In this document: positions 38,970-48,932 of the stretch, one piece after another
Position numbering within the stretch: position 1 is the first letter of the stretch
Layout of the letters: each line of letters begins with the position of its first letter
NCBI GenBank assembly: GCA_018669975.1
Contig: JABHSK010000007.1
Coordinates: 128,390 to 192,389, forward strand
Source of the DNA: Candidatus Parcubacteria bacterium
GTDB taxonomy: Bacteria > Patescibacteriota > Patescibacteriia > UBA1558 > GWA2-36-10
Direction of reading: 5' to 3'
DNA: 64,000 nucleotides
Notes under the pieces: generated by a model
Databases searched by the model: none
Seen by the model: the letters and a program-made list of their open reading frames with translations, nothing else
Told to the model about the DNA's origin: nothing
Program-made: the position numbers and the translations under genes

Positions 38970-39084
38970 GTAGGCATTATAGCAAATTGGCTATTACTTG
39001 TCATTCGGGCTTAATATTGACAAAAATATAGATAATTTATATGATTAGGCGTTAATATGTACCCTCAAAAAAGGAGAAAAGATC

Positions 39085-39333
39085 ATGATGACGGTCAGGC
39101 TGAGTAAAAGAGGTAAGTTTTTAGGGATGGAAGGAACAGTAGATGGTATCATTTCCTTATCTAGGTATGGAGGTGACAATGCAGTGAGTGCTATTTTTTA
39201 TACTCCACCTGGATCTAAGGTCGCCCAAACTGTTCTCACTATTTCTTATGACAATAGTGGACAAGGAACTCAGGAGGTTTCTACGATTTTTCCGGAAGAA
39301 GCCAGTAATAAAGTAAGGTTGGTCATTGGATGA
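39085..39333 (+). CDS. Hypothetical protein
   Basis: TTGACA-17-TATGAT, AAGGAG SD, terminator 39341-39366. Confidence 0.7.
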   Translation: MMTVRLSKRGKFLGMEGTVDGIISLSRYGGDNAVSAIFYTPPGSKVAQTVLTISYDNSGQGTQEVSTIFPEEASNKVRLVIG

Positions 39334-39406
39334 TAGTATGGCCCGATTCTTCATGAATCGGGTTTTAATATTGACAAAATAGTAAAAAATGTGTATAGTA
39401 TGAACT

Positions 39407-39907
39407 ATGCTAAAAATAGCCAAATATCCAGATACAATTTTAAGAAAAACAGCCAAACCAGTGGCTGAATTTAATGATGATTTGAAAAAATTGGCTGATG
39501 ACATGGCTCAGGTTATGTATCAGGATGATGGTGTTGGTTTGGCTGCTCCACAGGTTAGTCTTGGTAAGCGTATGTTTGTGGTTGGATTGGGAGATGGAAG
39601 ATATAAAACTTATATTAATCCAGAAATCACCTTTTATTCTAAAGACAAAATAACCAACGAAGAAGGCTGTCTATCTTTGCCAGAAATATTCGGTAATGTC
39701 ACTAGAGCAAAGAAAATACACATTAAATATTATGATTTCGATGGCAAAAAGAATAAAGAAAAACTAACCAACTTCGATGCCATTGTGGCTCAACATGAGT
39801 TTGATCATCTTAACGGAATCCTTTTTATAGATCGTACAGAAGGTAAACTTAAAGGTCAGGAAATTTTAGATGAAATGAAGGCTAAGTTGAACGCAGCAAT
39901 TAAGTAA
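39407..39907 (+). CDS. def: Peptide deformylase
   Basis: GVGLAAPQV, EGCLS, QHEFDHLNG. Confidence 0.97.
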   Translation: MLKIAKYPDTILRKTAKPVAEFNDDLKKLADDMAQVMYQDDGVGLAAPQVSLGKRMFVVGLGDGRYKTYINPEITFYSKDKITNEEGCLSLPEIFGNVTRAKKIHIKYYDFDGKKNKEKLTNFDAIVAQHEFDHLNGILFIDRTEGKLKGQEILDEMKAKLNAAIK

Positions 39908-39917
39908 TATTTTGACT

Positions 39918-40832
39918 ATGCTTAACAAAGGAAGAATTATTTTTTGGGGTACACCGGAATTTGCTCTGCCAAGTTTGCAAGCTTTGCATAAAATGAATTT
40001 GATTCAAGCTGTTGTTACTCAGCCTGATAAGCCAGCTGGTCGTGGTAAGAAGTTGTTACCCTCCCCTGTAAAACAATATTGTCTAGATAATAATATAGAT
40101 ACTTTAGAGCCTATCAAATTAGATCAGGCTTTTATTGATGGCCTAAAAAAATACTTACCAGCCACTTTTGTGGTGGTAGCCTATGGTAAAATAATTCCCC
40201 AAGAAGTTCTGGATTTATCTGAATTAGCAGCTATCAATATTCATCCTTCTCAGTTGCCGGAATTGCGTGGACCATCCCCTATTCAAACTGCTCTTTTAAG
40301 GGGTTTTGAGTCTACAGCGGTGTCTTTGATGCAATTGGATGAAAAAATGGATCATGGGCCAATTTTAGGACAAATAGAGGTCAAAATAGAGCCCAATGAA
40401 GACTATATTGAGCTAGCTGGAAGATTATCAGAGCTGGGAGCTCAGATATTGTCAGATAAGATAAATGATTATTTAACCGAACAGATTACTCCTCTACCTC
40501 AGGATGACGACAAAGCTACTTTTTGTAAGATGATTAAGAAACAAGACGGGCAAATTGATTGGTCAAAAACAGCTCAGGAAATTCACAATCAAGTTAGAGC
40601 TTTTAGACAGTGGCCAACTGCTTTTACAAGTTTGGGAGATATTGATTTGAAAATAATTCAAACACAGGTAGTTGATAGAAATTTACAAGCAAAAGAAGTT
40701 TTTCTAGAAAAAGACCAGATGTTTATTGGTGCTGGCGACAAAGCTGTGGAAATTTTACAGATACAACCCGCAGGAAAGAAGGTATTAAAAATCGCAGACT
40801 TTGTTCGCGGTTATAGTAAAAATTTTAAATAA
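39918..40832 (+). CDS. fmt: Methionyl-tRNA formyltransferase
   Basis: FWGTPEFA, TQPDKPAGRG, NIHPS.LP..RGPSPI. Confidence 0.95.
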   Translation: MLNKGRIIFWGTPEFALPSLQALHKMNLIQAVVTQPDKPAGRGKKLLPSPVKQYCLDNNIDTLEPIKLDQAFIDGLKKYLPATFVVVAYGKIIPQEVLDLSELAAINIHPSQLPELRGPSPIQTALLRGFESTAVSLMQLDEKMDHGPILGQIEVKIEPNEDYIELAGRLSELGAQILSDKINDYLTEQITPLPQDDDKATFCKMIKKQDGQIDWSKTAQEIHNQVRAFRQWPTAFTSLGDIDLKIIQTQVVDRNLQAKEVFLEKDQMFIGAGDKAVEILQIQPAGKKVLKIADFVRGYSKNFK

Positions 40833-40860
40833 AAAATCCCGGTATAAGCCGGGTTTTTTT
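40831..40860. terminator. Bidirectional terminator
   Basis: AAAAAATCCCGG-TATAAG-CCGGGTTTTTTT. Confidence 0.8.
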
Positions 40861-40874
40861 ATATATTTTTTTGA

Positions 40875-41216
40875 TTAATTATTGTCTTCATCTTCACTCT
40901 CATCAATCATGGTCCTTAGTTTTTGATGGAGTTCCTCAAGAGCGGTTATTTTTTCTTTTACCAGCCCTCTTTCTTCTTCTGTGTTACCGGTTATTTCTCT
41001 TTCTTCTTCTTCCAATCTTTCAAGGTCTTTTTTAATTTCGTTTACCATTTCTAAAGATTGTGGTTCACTTGCAAATTTTTGTTGAGCTAAATCTAGCAAG
41101 CTGCGAATATTAATAGCAACTCTATTTATTTCAGCTAGTAAAATAGTTTTTTTGGCACTGTCCGCTGCCTCTGCATCGGAGCCATTATTACCAGTTAATT
41201 TTTCTAGGAAACTCAT
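40875..41216 (-). CDS. Hypothetical acidic coiled-coil protein
   Basis: 113-aa ORF in operon. Confidence 0.7.
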   Translation of the reverse strand: MSFLEKLTGNNGSDAEAADSAKKTILLAEINRVAINIRSLLDLAQQKFASEPQSLEMVNEIKKDLERLEEEEREITGNTEEERGLVKEKITALEELHQKLRTMIDESEDEDNN

Positions 41217-41223
41217 AGTTGTA

Positions 41224-42744
41224 TTATTTTATATTTTCTTTTGTTTTTTCAGTTACCCAAAACCCCAGGTACTTTCCGAGCATTAATCTAGTTTGAGCAT
41301 CTACGGCTGGTATTGAACCAAAAATAATCATAGTAAACGGGAATATAATCCATTGGACAAACATTAGTGTGTAGCGAAATATTTTATTCCAGATTTTACT
41401 TTTAAATCTATCGGGCATTGGCGGTAATATAACAACACTCATGATAGCTATTAAGAAAATACCAATCATGCCAAAACGCATCAGATTTTCTAGAATTAAA
41501 GGTGCATTTTGTGTAAGCACGCTAGTTATTCCGTGTTTTTCCGCCATGTATAAAGGCAAGTAACCCATAATCATAACTAACAGAGGTGCGGTAGCCCAAG
41601 AATACACTCCTTCAGTTTGGTTCCAGGTATAAACCAACTTTTTTTTCAAAGGAATGTTTTTATTTTGTTTAAAATGCCAAACCATATATGGGAAATGCTC
41701 CACTCCATAGGCCCAACGGCGCATCTGTTTGTATTGGTTTTTAAGACTGCGCCAAAATTTACCAACATAGACAGTATCCATTGATACTGGAATATGCATC
41801 GGTACCACTTCGTAGTCACCGTCATAATGGATTAAACACTGTAAGAATATTCTGGAATCTTCGGTAACAATATTGTTTTGCCAAAAGCCAACATCTACCA
41901 AGGCTTGCCAACTCATACTATGTGATGAGAAAGTGAATAATCTTTCTGGTCTAGCCAAGTCAGTTAATAGCCAAAAAGTGGTTGAATTGGAAACCACTCT
42001 AGTGAATATGTCTGATTGCCAAACATTATTATGATAAAAAGCCATTGGCTGAAAACTGGCCCGATAAGGGTTTTTGTGGGAGATAAATTTGTGAGTCAAA
42101 TAAGCGAAATAATGAGGATGTGTAACTGTATCCACATCAAAGCCAGAAACTATTAAGTGTTTGTAATTAAGTTTTTCCTCATCAATATACTCTTTAATCT
42201 TATGACCCATGTGATAAAGATTAGCACCTTTGCCTGGTACCTCACCAACAATGTCAGATGGATGTAGTGTGATCATCACTTTTTTAAATCTGTCTGCATA
42301 TTTGGCTAATATTTTTTTGCCAATTGGCTCAAACTCTTCTCTGAGTCTTTCCTCTCCACCTAGAACTACAATCATTTTTTTGTGATCGTATTTTGTTTCT
42401 AATAGTTTTTCAAAGGCAAACTCTACTACCTCATATGGTTCACCAGCAGTTGGTAATAGGATAACGTGATAGTACTTATCCCAGATTTTGTGATTGGTCT
42501 TGAGGAATTTCCACCAATCAACCTTGATGGTTTTACGATATTTGAACCAGGATATTATCAAAAAGATAAGTGTATAGGTAATACGCAAGACAAAATAAAC
42601 ATCAAAAATGATTACAAAATAAATACCATAGAGAGGTTTAAGTAGGGACAACATAATGATGGCAACAAAGGTTGTCCAAACTAAAATACCAGGAATTACT
42701 TCCAAGATTCTGTAAAAATAATATTGTTTATATTCAGGGGTCAT
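41224..42744 (-). CDS. Membrane GT2 glycosyltransferase (processive-synthase-like)
   Basis: GKGAN, DVD, TED, QMRRW motifs plus TMs. Confidence 0.85.
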   Translation of the reverse strand: MTPEYKQYYFYRILEVIPGILVWTTFVAIIMLSLLKPLYGIYFVIIFDVYFVLRITYTLIFLIISWFKYRKTIKVDWWKFLKTNHKIWDKYYHVILLPTAGEPYEVVEFAFEKLLETKYDHKKMIVVLGGEERLREEFEPIGKKILAKYADRFKKVMITLHPSDIVGEVPGKGANLYHMGHKIKEYIDEEKLNYKHLIVSGFDVDTVTHPHYFAYLTHKFISHKNPYRASFQPMAFYHNNVWQSDIFTRVVSNSTTFWLLTDLARPERLFTFSSHSMSWQALVDVGFWQNNIVTEDSRIFLQCLIHYDGDYEVVPMHIPVSMDTVYVGKFWRSLKNQYKQMRRWAYGVEHFPYMVWHFKQNKNIPLKKKLVYTWNQTEGVYSWATAPLLVMIMGYLPLYMAEKHGITSVLTQNAPLILENLMRFGMIGIFLIAIMSVVILPPMPDRFKSKIWNKIFRYTLMFVQWIIFPFTMIIFGSIPAVDAQTRLMLGKYLGFWVTEKTKENIK

Positions 42745-43841
42745 AAAGTATTTTTATCAGCGTCTATACCAATTGCTTGAGATATGTGTTTAAAATTATC
42801 CTTTTTTAATAATCGGTCTAATTTTTGATTGATGACTTTGATGCTACCCGGACCATTATAGATGAAACCAGTGATTAGCTGAACTAAATCAGCGCCTGCC
42901 TTTATCTTATCATAAGCATCGCTGCCATTAAAGATGCCGCCAACACCAATTATCTTATATTTATTTTCGCTATGTTTATATAGATAGGAAATAATTTTGT
43001 TGGCTTGAGGGGCAATAGCTTTGCCGGAGACACCACCAGGCTTATCTTTATATTTTGATTTTAAATTTAAATGACCTCGTTCTTTAGAAAGATTACTGGC
43101 CACAACAGCAGAAATATTGTATTTTTTGACTAGATAAATAATTTCATCTAATTGTTCTTTACTTAAATTATTGCCGATTTTGAGCCAGATTGGTTTTTTA
43201 TTTTTATTCAGTGGAATTACTTTTTCCAAAATAGGTTCTAAATATTTTTTGTTTTGTAAACCAGAAAAGTCTTTAACATTAGGACAGCTAAGATTAATGG
43301 TAATTATATCTGTTTGAGGTTCTAGGGTAACAAAACTTTTAGCATAATCAGCCGCTGCTTCTTCTCTACTGACAGCATTACTTTTGGCAATACTGACTGA
43401 CCACAGTCCTCTAGTTTTATTCTTTCTGTTTTTAGCTAATTTTTTAGCAATGGCTTTAGCACCGCTATTACTCAAACCATAGTAGACCACCAGTCCTTTA
43501 TCCTTGGGTAATCTCCACAGTCGCGGTTTTTTGTTGCCAGGTTGAGCTTGATCGGTGATTGAGCCTATCTGTGCCCAGGCAAAATCCATGGCAGCCCAAG
43601 CATTGCTGGCAGAGGCATTTTTATCCATACCAGCTGCTAATCCAACAGGATTACGAAAATATAAACCCCATATTTTTTGTTTTAGTCTCGGCGAAGTAAA
43701 GTTACAAACTTTAAACATTGTTTTATTAAGCAGTTTGCATTTACTGAACCAGGATAAATACCATAAGGCTAGGTTGTGAATAAATTCTGGCTCAAATAGG
43801 AAAAAGATTGGTCGAACTATTTTTTTATAGAAAACTACCAT
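42741..43841 (-). CDS. pyrD: Class 2 (quinone-type) dihydroorotate dehydrogenase homolog
   Basis: EPE..H, NPVGLAAGMDKN, QPGNKKPRLWR, GGVSG, IIGVGGI, GADLVQL. Confidence 0.85.
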   Translation of the reverse strand: MVVFYKKIVRPIFFLFEPEFIHNLALWYLSWFSKCKLLNKTMFKVCNFTSPRLKQKIWGLYFRNPVGLAAGMDKNASASNAWAAMDFAWAQIGSITDQAQPGNKKPRLWRLPKDKGLVVYYGLSNSGAKAIAKKLAKNRKNKTRGLWSVSIAKSNAVSREEAAADYAKSFVTLEPQTDIITINLSCPNVKDFSGLQNKKYLEPILEKVIPLNKNKKPIWLKIGNNLSKEQLDEIIYLVKKYNISAVVASNLSKERGHLNLKSKYKDKPGGVSGKAIAPQANKIISYLYKHSENKYKIIGVGGIFNGSDAYDKIKAGADLVQLITGFIYNGPGSIKVINQKLDRLLKKDNFKHISQAIGIDADKNTL

Positions 43842-44107
43842 TTATTTTTTATTTTTTTAATAGCAATAATTGAATTATTAAATAAAAGATGGAAAATAGT
43901 ATCAATCAATTTTGTGTCTACATCATTGATTGAGGCTTGATATTTAACTTTGGTCAATATTCCATGTTCTCTATTTAAATCTCTAGTTGGTCCTTTATGT
44001 TGAGCTAATTCCCTGGCTAATTTAGTACGTTTAGCTATATTATCAACTATTTGTTCGTCTATATTGTCTATTTTTTGCCTAATGGCAGCAATTTGCTCTA
44101 TTGTCAT
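43835..44107 (-). CDS. Chorismate mutase (AroQ type)
   Basis: IRQKIDNID..I...IAKR......K....D..RE. Confidence 0.75.
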   Translation of the reverse strand: MTIEQIAAIRQKIDNIDEQIVDNIAKRTKLARELAQHKGPTRDLNREHGILTKVKYQASINDVDTKLIDTIFHLLFNNSIIAIKKIKNKW

Positions 44108-44158
44108 AAGTGTTTTTTTATCGGCTATAATTTAGCAGAAAAGCAGTAGTTTTTCAAG

Positions 44159-44635
44159 TTATACTTCTTGTCCGTTTTCTAGGTAAACAGCCTTATCATT
44201 TTTTATAGCTGACATGACCTCATCTAAGCGATTTACTATACCTGGCATTAGTTTTCCCTTAGCCTCTGTTTCATCAACAAATTTCATTTCTGTTAGCTCA
44301 TCGGTTTGCAAGGTTATACTTTTTATTTCTTTATTTGATAACTTGCCGCCATAGAAAATAAAAAAGTAACCTTCTGGTTTATAATCATGCTTTACTTTGT
44401 AATCAACACAAACAAGTTGTAGCTTGTCTACGTGCAGGTCAAGTTCTTCTTTTATTTCTCTTTGGAGTGCTTGTCGTGGAGACTCGTTTTCATCTATAGA
44501 TCCTCCAGGTAGTAGCCAACCATCTCGATAGTTTGGTTTTACAATTAGGATTTGTTTTTTATTATTAAAAAGAATCACCCCGGCAGCGCCGCGTTTGGTG
44601 GGGAGTGCTTGATAAAATTCTTCTGGTGAGATCAT
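44159..44635 (-). CDS. NUDIX hydrolase
   Basis: PGGSIDENESPRQALQREIKEE. Confidence 0.92.
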   Translation of the reverse strand: MISPEEFYQALPTKRGAAGVILFNNKKQILIVKPNYRDGWLLPGGSIDENESPRQALQREIKEELDLHVDKLQLVCVDYKVKHDYKPEGYFFIFYGGKLSNKEIKSITLQTDELTEMKFVDETEAKGKLMPGIVNRLDEVMSAIKNDKAVYLENGQEV

Positions 44636-44671
44636 ATTGACTTATTATGTTTGATAATTTATGATTGATTC

Positions 44672-44792
44672 ATCGACTCAGGTGTAGGCCATATAAGGCT
44701 GAACAACGAGGCGTAGACGGGACGCCTACAAAGGTAATTATTACCCAGAGACCTGATCCCAGCCAGCCATCCACGTATGTGCTGGTCTTTTT
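44672..44792 (+). ncRNA. Candidate four-way-junction small RNA, opposite in orientation to flanking NUDIX genes
   Basis: TTGACT-17-TATGAT promoter; TCAGGT/ACCTGA closes three hairpins; terminal hairpin plus T-run. Confidence 0.5.
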
Positions 44793-44793
44793 A

Positions 44794-45213
44794 TTAAAGC
44801 ATCTTTATAAAATCTTCAATACCTACTAAAGTATCTAGTTCTTCTATCTCTGATTTTAAAAACCACCTTACATCAGAAACCTCCTCATCCATTGGTTGTG
44901 GGTTTCCAGTTACTATTTCTGCCTCATAGCATACTACTAGCACATGACATTCTTCTCCATTAGATCTTGTCCATATTCTGGATTGTATTTCGGGCATGAT
45001 TCTTTTAATTAAGACATCACAACCTATTTCTTCCTTGCATTCTCTTACTGCGGCATCTTTTGGATTTTCATTGTATTCTACTTTTCCCCCAGGTAATTCC
45101 CATTTTCCATGTGCAGCTGCTATTGAGGGATCATTTCGCTGCTGTAAAAGTATTTTACCATCTTTGTTTTTTATAAGTGCCACAGCGGCAATTAATTGTT
45201 TTTCACTTTCCAT
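44794..45213 (-). CDS. NUDIX hydrolase (MutT-like)
   Basis: WELPGGKVEYNE....AAVRECKEEIG. Confidence 0.92.
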   Translation of the reverse strand: MESEKQLIAAVALIKNKDGKILLQQRNDPSIAAAHGKWELPGGKVEYNENPKDAAVRECKEEIGCDVLIKRIMPEIQSRIWTRSNGEECHVLVVCYEAEIVTGNPQPMDEEVSDVRWFLKSEIEELDTLVGIEDFIKML

Positions 45214-45235
45214 GATGTTTTTTAAGTTTGGTTCT

Positions 45236-45760
45236 TTATAATAAGGGACCGCAAATAAAGACTTTTATTTTACTGTTTGAAAATTTATCATTTATTGCCC
45301 AGGCTATTAATCTATGAAGGCCATCTAGATGTACTAGAGATTTGTCTGTATAGTGTAATTTTTCATGCTCTATTTTATCGCAGCCTGTTAAAGGTGCTGT
45401 GCTGAGAAACAGCGGTTCAGTTATTTCTTTTTCACTGAACATAATAATCTTAGCGTGGCATTTTGGATTTTCTTTTTTATACTCTGTGGCATTTTTTTTG
45501 AAATAATTAGCCGCAGCCTGCACTGTCATTCCTGTTTTGGGTACTAGATTTACTTTTTCTCCGTGATTATGCCAGGGTAACAATATTTTTAGGGCATCTT
45601 CCTTTGTTAGTTCTGCCAAATGCCATTGGCCGTTAAATTTTTTATTTGCAGTAGTGACCAATTCTCTAGCCCAGTGATTAGTATTTCCTTCACTGATTTT
45701 ATTATATTTGTCAAAAGTTTTTAATACTTCTAAAGATTCAACTTCTTTCAATATATCCAT
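45236..45760 (-). CDS. Hypothetical protein with ParB/Srx-like DGxHR motif
   Basis: LVHLDGLHRL. Confidence 0.55.
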   Translation of the reverse strand: MDILKEVESLEVLKTFDKYNKISEGNTNHWARELVTTANKKFNGQWHLAELTKEDALKILLPWHNHGEKVNLVPKTGMTVQAAANYFKKNATEYKKENPKCHAKIIMFSEKEITEPLFLSTAPLTGCDKIEHEKLHYTDKSLVHLDGLHRLIAWAINDKFSNSKIKVFICGPLL

Positions 45761-48511
45761 CTATTTACCGTGACATTTTTTATATTTTTTGCCACTACCA
45801 CAAGTACAAGGATCATTGCGACCGACTTTGTTGCCAGCATCATCGCGTGGTTTAGAGGTCTCCAGTGGTTTACTGGCTGCTTCACGAGCAGCTACCTGTT
45901 TCTGGAAAGGATTAAAGCCAGCTTTTTGTTCACTAAACTGTCTTTCTCTTTGTTGACCAGCAGCCATGTTTTTAGCAAAGCCGACTTTGAAGATAGCATA
46001 GACAATCTGTTTGCGTATTGAATCAAGTAGACTGTTAAAAAGATTAAAGGCTTCACGTTTGTATTCAACTAGTGGGTCTCTCTGACCGTAGCCTTGCAGA
46101 CCAATACCAGTACGGAGTTTGTCCATAGCAGTTAAATGTTCTACCCACAGTGTATCGATGCTACGTAATACTATGCCCTGCTCAATCATCTGCATTGGTG
46201 TATAGGTATCATCATTAAGTTGAATATTGTTATTTACATCATAGGTCAGCTTTTGATATTTTTCTTTAGCAATAGCTGAAATATATTCGATCACCTCTCC
46301 TCGCTTGTCGTGGGAGTTTTGTTTTTTATTATTATTGAGTAACTCAGTAATTTTTTCTTCCTCAGATGGTACTACTGGGAATATTGACTTGATAGTTTCT
46401 ATAATTTCTTTAGGGTCAAAGTCGCCAGCATTTTTTTCTGCTAAAGTATGGAAAGAAACCACATTACTGATTTCCTGATCCATATATTCTGTAACGATGT
46501 CAGTAGATGTTTTTTCAGAATTTTGTTCGGTATTAGAAAACATTGTCAAAAGTTCCTGTCGGGTATTATAGATTACTTGTCGGTGCTTATTGATAATGTC
46601 ATCGTATTCAACTAGATGTTTACGGATGTCAAAGTTATGTCCTTCAACTTTTTTCTGAGCTGATTCAATGGATTTGGAGATCATTTTATTTTCAATAGCG
46701 GTATCCTCTGCTAGACCTAATCTTTCCATAACGTTCTTCATTCTGTCAGAACCAAAGATACGCATCAAATCATCTTCCATGGAAATATAGAATTGTGATG
46801 AACCCGCATCACCTTGACGTCCAGCACGACCACGTAGCTGATTATCAATACGTCTAGATTCATGTCTTTCAGTACCAACAACATGTAGTCCACCGGCATC
46901 TTTTACGGTTTTATTTTTCTCCTCATCAAAAGGAGAGCCACCGAGTATGATATCTACACCACGACCAGCCATATTAGTAGCTACTGTGACTGCGCCTTTG
47001 CGACCAGCTTGAGCAATTATCTCAGCTTCTCTTTCATGAAATTTGGCATTAAGTAAATTGTGTGGAATGCCAGCTTTGGTTAGATGTTTACCTAGTAGTT
47101 CATTTTTTTCTATAGAAATAGTACCAACTAATACTGGTTGCCCAGCTTGATGTCGTTCTTCAATTTCTCTGGCAATAGCTTTGATTTTTCCACGTTCACT
47201 TTTATAAATTCTATCCTTCATGTCATTTCTGGCAAAAGGCTTGTTGGTTGGAATGACAGTTACATCTAAACTATAAATCTTAGCCATTTCTTCAGCTTCG
47301 GTAGCAGCTGTACCAGTCATACCAGCTAGCTTTTTGTACATACGGAAATAGTTTTGGAAAGTAACGGTAGCTAGAGTCATGCTTTCTTTTTGTATTTCTA
47401 CGTTTTCTTTAGCCTCTATAGCTTGATGTAAACCTTCAGAATATCGTCTGCCAGGCATCATGCGGCCAGTAAATTCATCAATAATTACTACTTCATTTTC
47501 TCGAACCACATAATCTCTATCTTTTTGGAATAAGGTTTTAGCTTTTAGGGCTTGCTCTAAATGATGGACAGTTTGTAGGCCATGACTTTCATAAATATTA
47601 TCAACATTGAGTAATTTTTCCATTCTACGGATTCCATCTTCAGTCAAAGTACAAGCCTTCATCTTTTCATCAATGTTATAGTCAGTGTTTTCTGTCAGAC
47701 CGTTGACCATTTGAGCAAATTGTTGATATTGAGAGGCGGATTCTTCAGCTGGTGCGGAAATAATCAGTGGAGTTCTAGCTTCATCAATCAATACACTATC
47801 AACCTCATCAATTAATGCATAATGCAAGCTACGCTGCACTTGCCTCTTGGTAGATTGGGCCATATTATCTCTCAGGTAGTCGAAACCAAACTCATTGTTG
47901 GTACCATAGGTAATGTCAGCCTTATAGGCTTCACCTCTTTCTACTGGCTTGAGATAGTCCATGACTATTTCTATGCCCTGATCTCTAGTGGCATCATCTG
48001 TATCTGATTTATATTCAGAGTCATAGATAAAAGAAGAGTCATGGGCAATAACACCACTGCTAATTCCTAAGAATGAAAACACCTGACTCATCCAAACAGC
48101 ATCACGTTTAGCTAGGTAGTCATTAACGGTGATTACGTGTACACCTTTACCCTCTAGAGAATTTAAATAAATAGGTAGAGTGGATGTTAGGGTTTTACCT
48201 TCACCAGTTTTCATTTCAGTGATCTGACCTTGGTGTAGGACAATGCCACCTAAAAGCTGTACGTCATAGTGTCTTTGTCCTAAAGTACGCTTAGCAGCTT
48301 CTCGAACTAAGGCAAAAGCCGGTACCAGTATATCCTCTAACTTGGTACCGCTTTGGACTTGTTTTTTAAAGTCTAAACTTTTCTTTTTTATATCTTCGTC
48401 TGACAACTTCTCAAACTCTACTTCCAAATCATTGATTTGTTTTATTTGTGGTTTGAGGCTATCAAGAAATTTTTGATTGGCGTCTCCGAAAAACTTTTGT
48501 AAAAATTGCAT
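45761..48511 (-). CDS. secA: Preprotein translocase SecA
   Basis: EMKTGEGKT, DEVDS, ATNMAGRG, C-terminal GRNDPCTCGSGKKYKKCH. Confidence 0.98.
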   Translation of the reverse strand: MQFLQKFFGDANQKFLDSLKPQIKQINDLEVEFEKLSDEDIKKKSLDFKKQVQSGTKLEDILVPAFALVREAAKRTLGQRHYDVQLLGGIVLHQGQITEMKTGEGKTLTSTLPIYLNSLEGKGVHVITVNDYLAKRDAVWMSQVFSFLGISSGVIAHDSSFIYDSEYKSDTDDATRDQGIEIVMDYLKPVERGEAYKADITYGTNNEFGFDYLRDNMAQSTKRQVQRSLHYALIDEVDSVLIDEARTPLIISAPAEESASQYQQFAQMVNGLTENTDYNIDEKMKACTLTEDGIRRMEKLLNVDNIYESHGLQTVHHLEQALKAKTLFQKDRDYVVRENEVVIIDEFTGRMMPGRRYSEGLHQAIEAKENVEIQKESMTLATVTFQNYFRMYKKLAGMTGTAATEAEEMAKIYSLDVTVIPTNKPFARNDMKDRIYKSERGKIKAIAREIEERHQAGQPVLVGTISIEKNELLGKHLTKAGIPHNLLNAKFHEREAEIIAQAGRKGAVTVATNMAGRGVDIILGGSPFDEEKNKTVKDAGGLHVVGTERHESRRIDNQLRGRAGRQGDAGSSQFYISMEDDLMRIFGSDRMKNVMERLGLAEDTAIENKMISKSIESAQKKVEGHNFDIRKHLVEYDDIINKHRQVIYNTRQELLTMFSNTEQNSEKTSTDIVTEYMDQEISNVVSFHTLAEKNAGDFDPKEIIETIKSIFPVVPSEEEKITELLNNNKKQNSHDKRGEVIEYISAIAKEKYQKLTYDVNNNIQLNDDTYTPMQMIEQGIVLRSIDTLWVEHLTAMDKLRTGIGLQGYGQRDPLVEYKREAFNLFNSLLDSIRKQIVYAIFKVGFAKNMAAGQQRERQFSEQKAGFNPFQKQVAAREAASKPLETSKPRDDAGNKVGRNDPCTCGSGKKYKKCHGK

Positions 48512-48512
48512 A

Positions 48513-48875
48513 TTATTCTTGATTTCTCCTCCAAAATTTTAATGATTTTATCTTACGGGCACTCTTTCTCCAACGACTTAAGTTTTTATCTTTATACTTA
48601 ACTAATTGTCTAGATAACTTGTCTTGAACTGCGTCGACAGCTGCTCGAGGATCAGAGTGGGTTTCTTTAATCGCGATAGTCTGTTTTTGTGGTAAGGTTA
48701 CTCGGGCTTCTACGGTAAATATTTCACCTTTGTTATGTTTTTGATTACGGGATAGGTTGACATTGAAAGACATTATCTTTTCCTGGTACTTGTCTAAGCT
48801 GTTAAATTTATCTTCCAAATATTCTCTAAATGAATCAGTTAAATCAAAATTTCTATTATAAATTTGTATATCCAT
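48513..48875 (-). CDS. hpf: Ribosome hibernation factor HPF/RaiA
   Basis: LTDSFREYLEDK, AAVD...DKL.RQL.KYK; upstream of secA; start placed at ATG 48875. Confidence 0.85.
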   Translation of the reverse strand: MDIQIYNRNFDLTDSFREYLEDKFNSLDKYQEKIMSFNVNLSRNQKHNKGEIFTVEARVTLPQKQTIAIKETHSDPRAAVDAVQDKLSRQLVKYKDKNLSRWRKSARKIKSLKFWRRNQE

Positions 48876-48932
48876 ATTTTTGTTTTTAATGTTTATTACT
48901 TTAAGACTATCAGATAGATAATTAAAGTGCAA

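Noticed and set aside
44672-44760. tRNA, SRP RNA or hammerhead ribozyme
   Set aside because: No T-loop or CCA end, no GGAAGCAGC, and no CUGANGA/GAAA core
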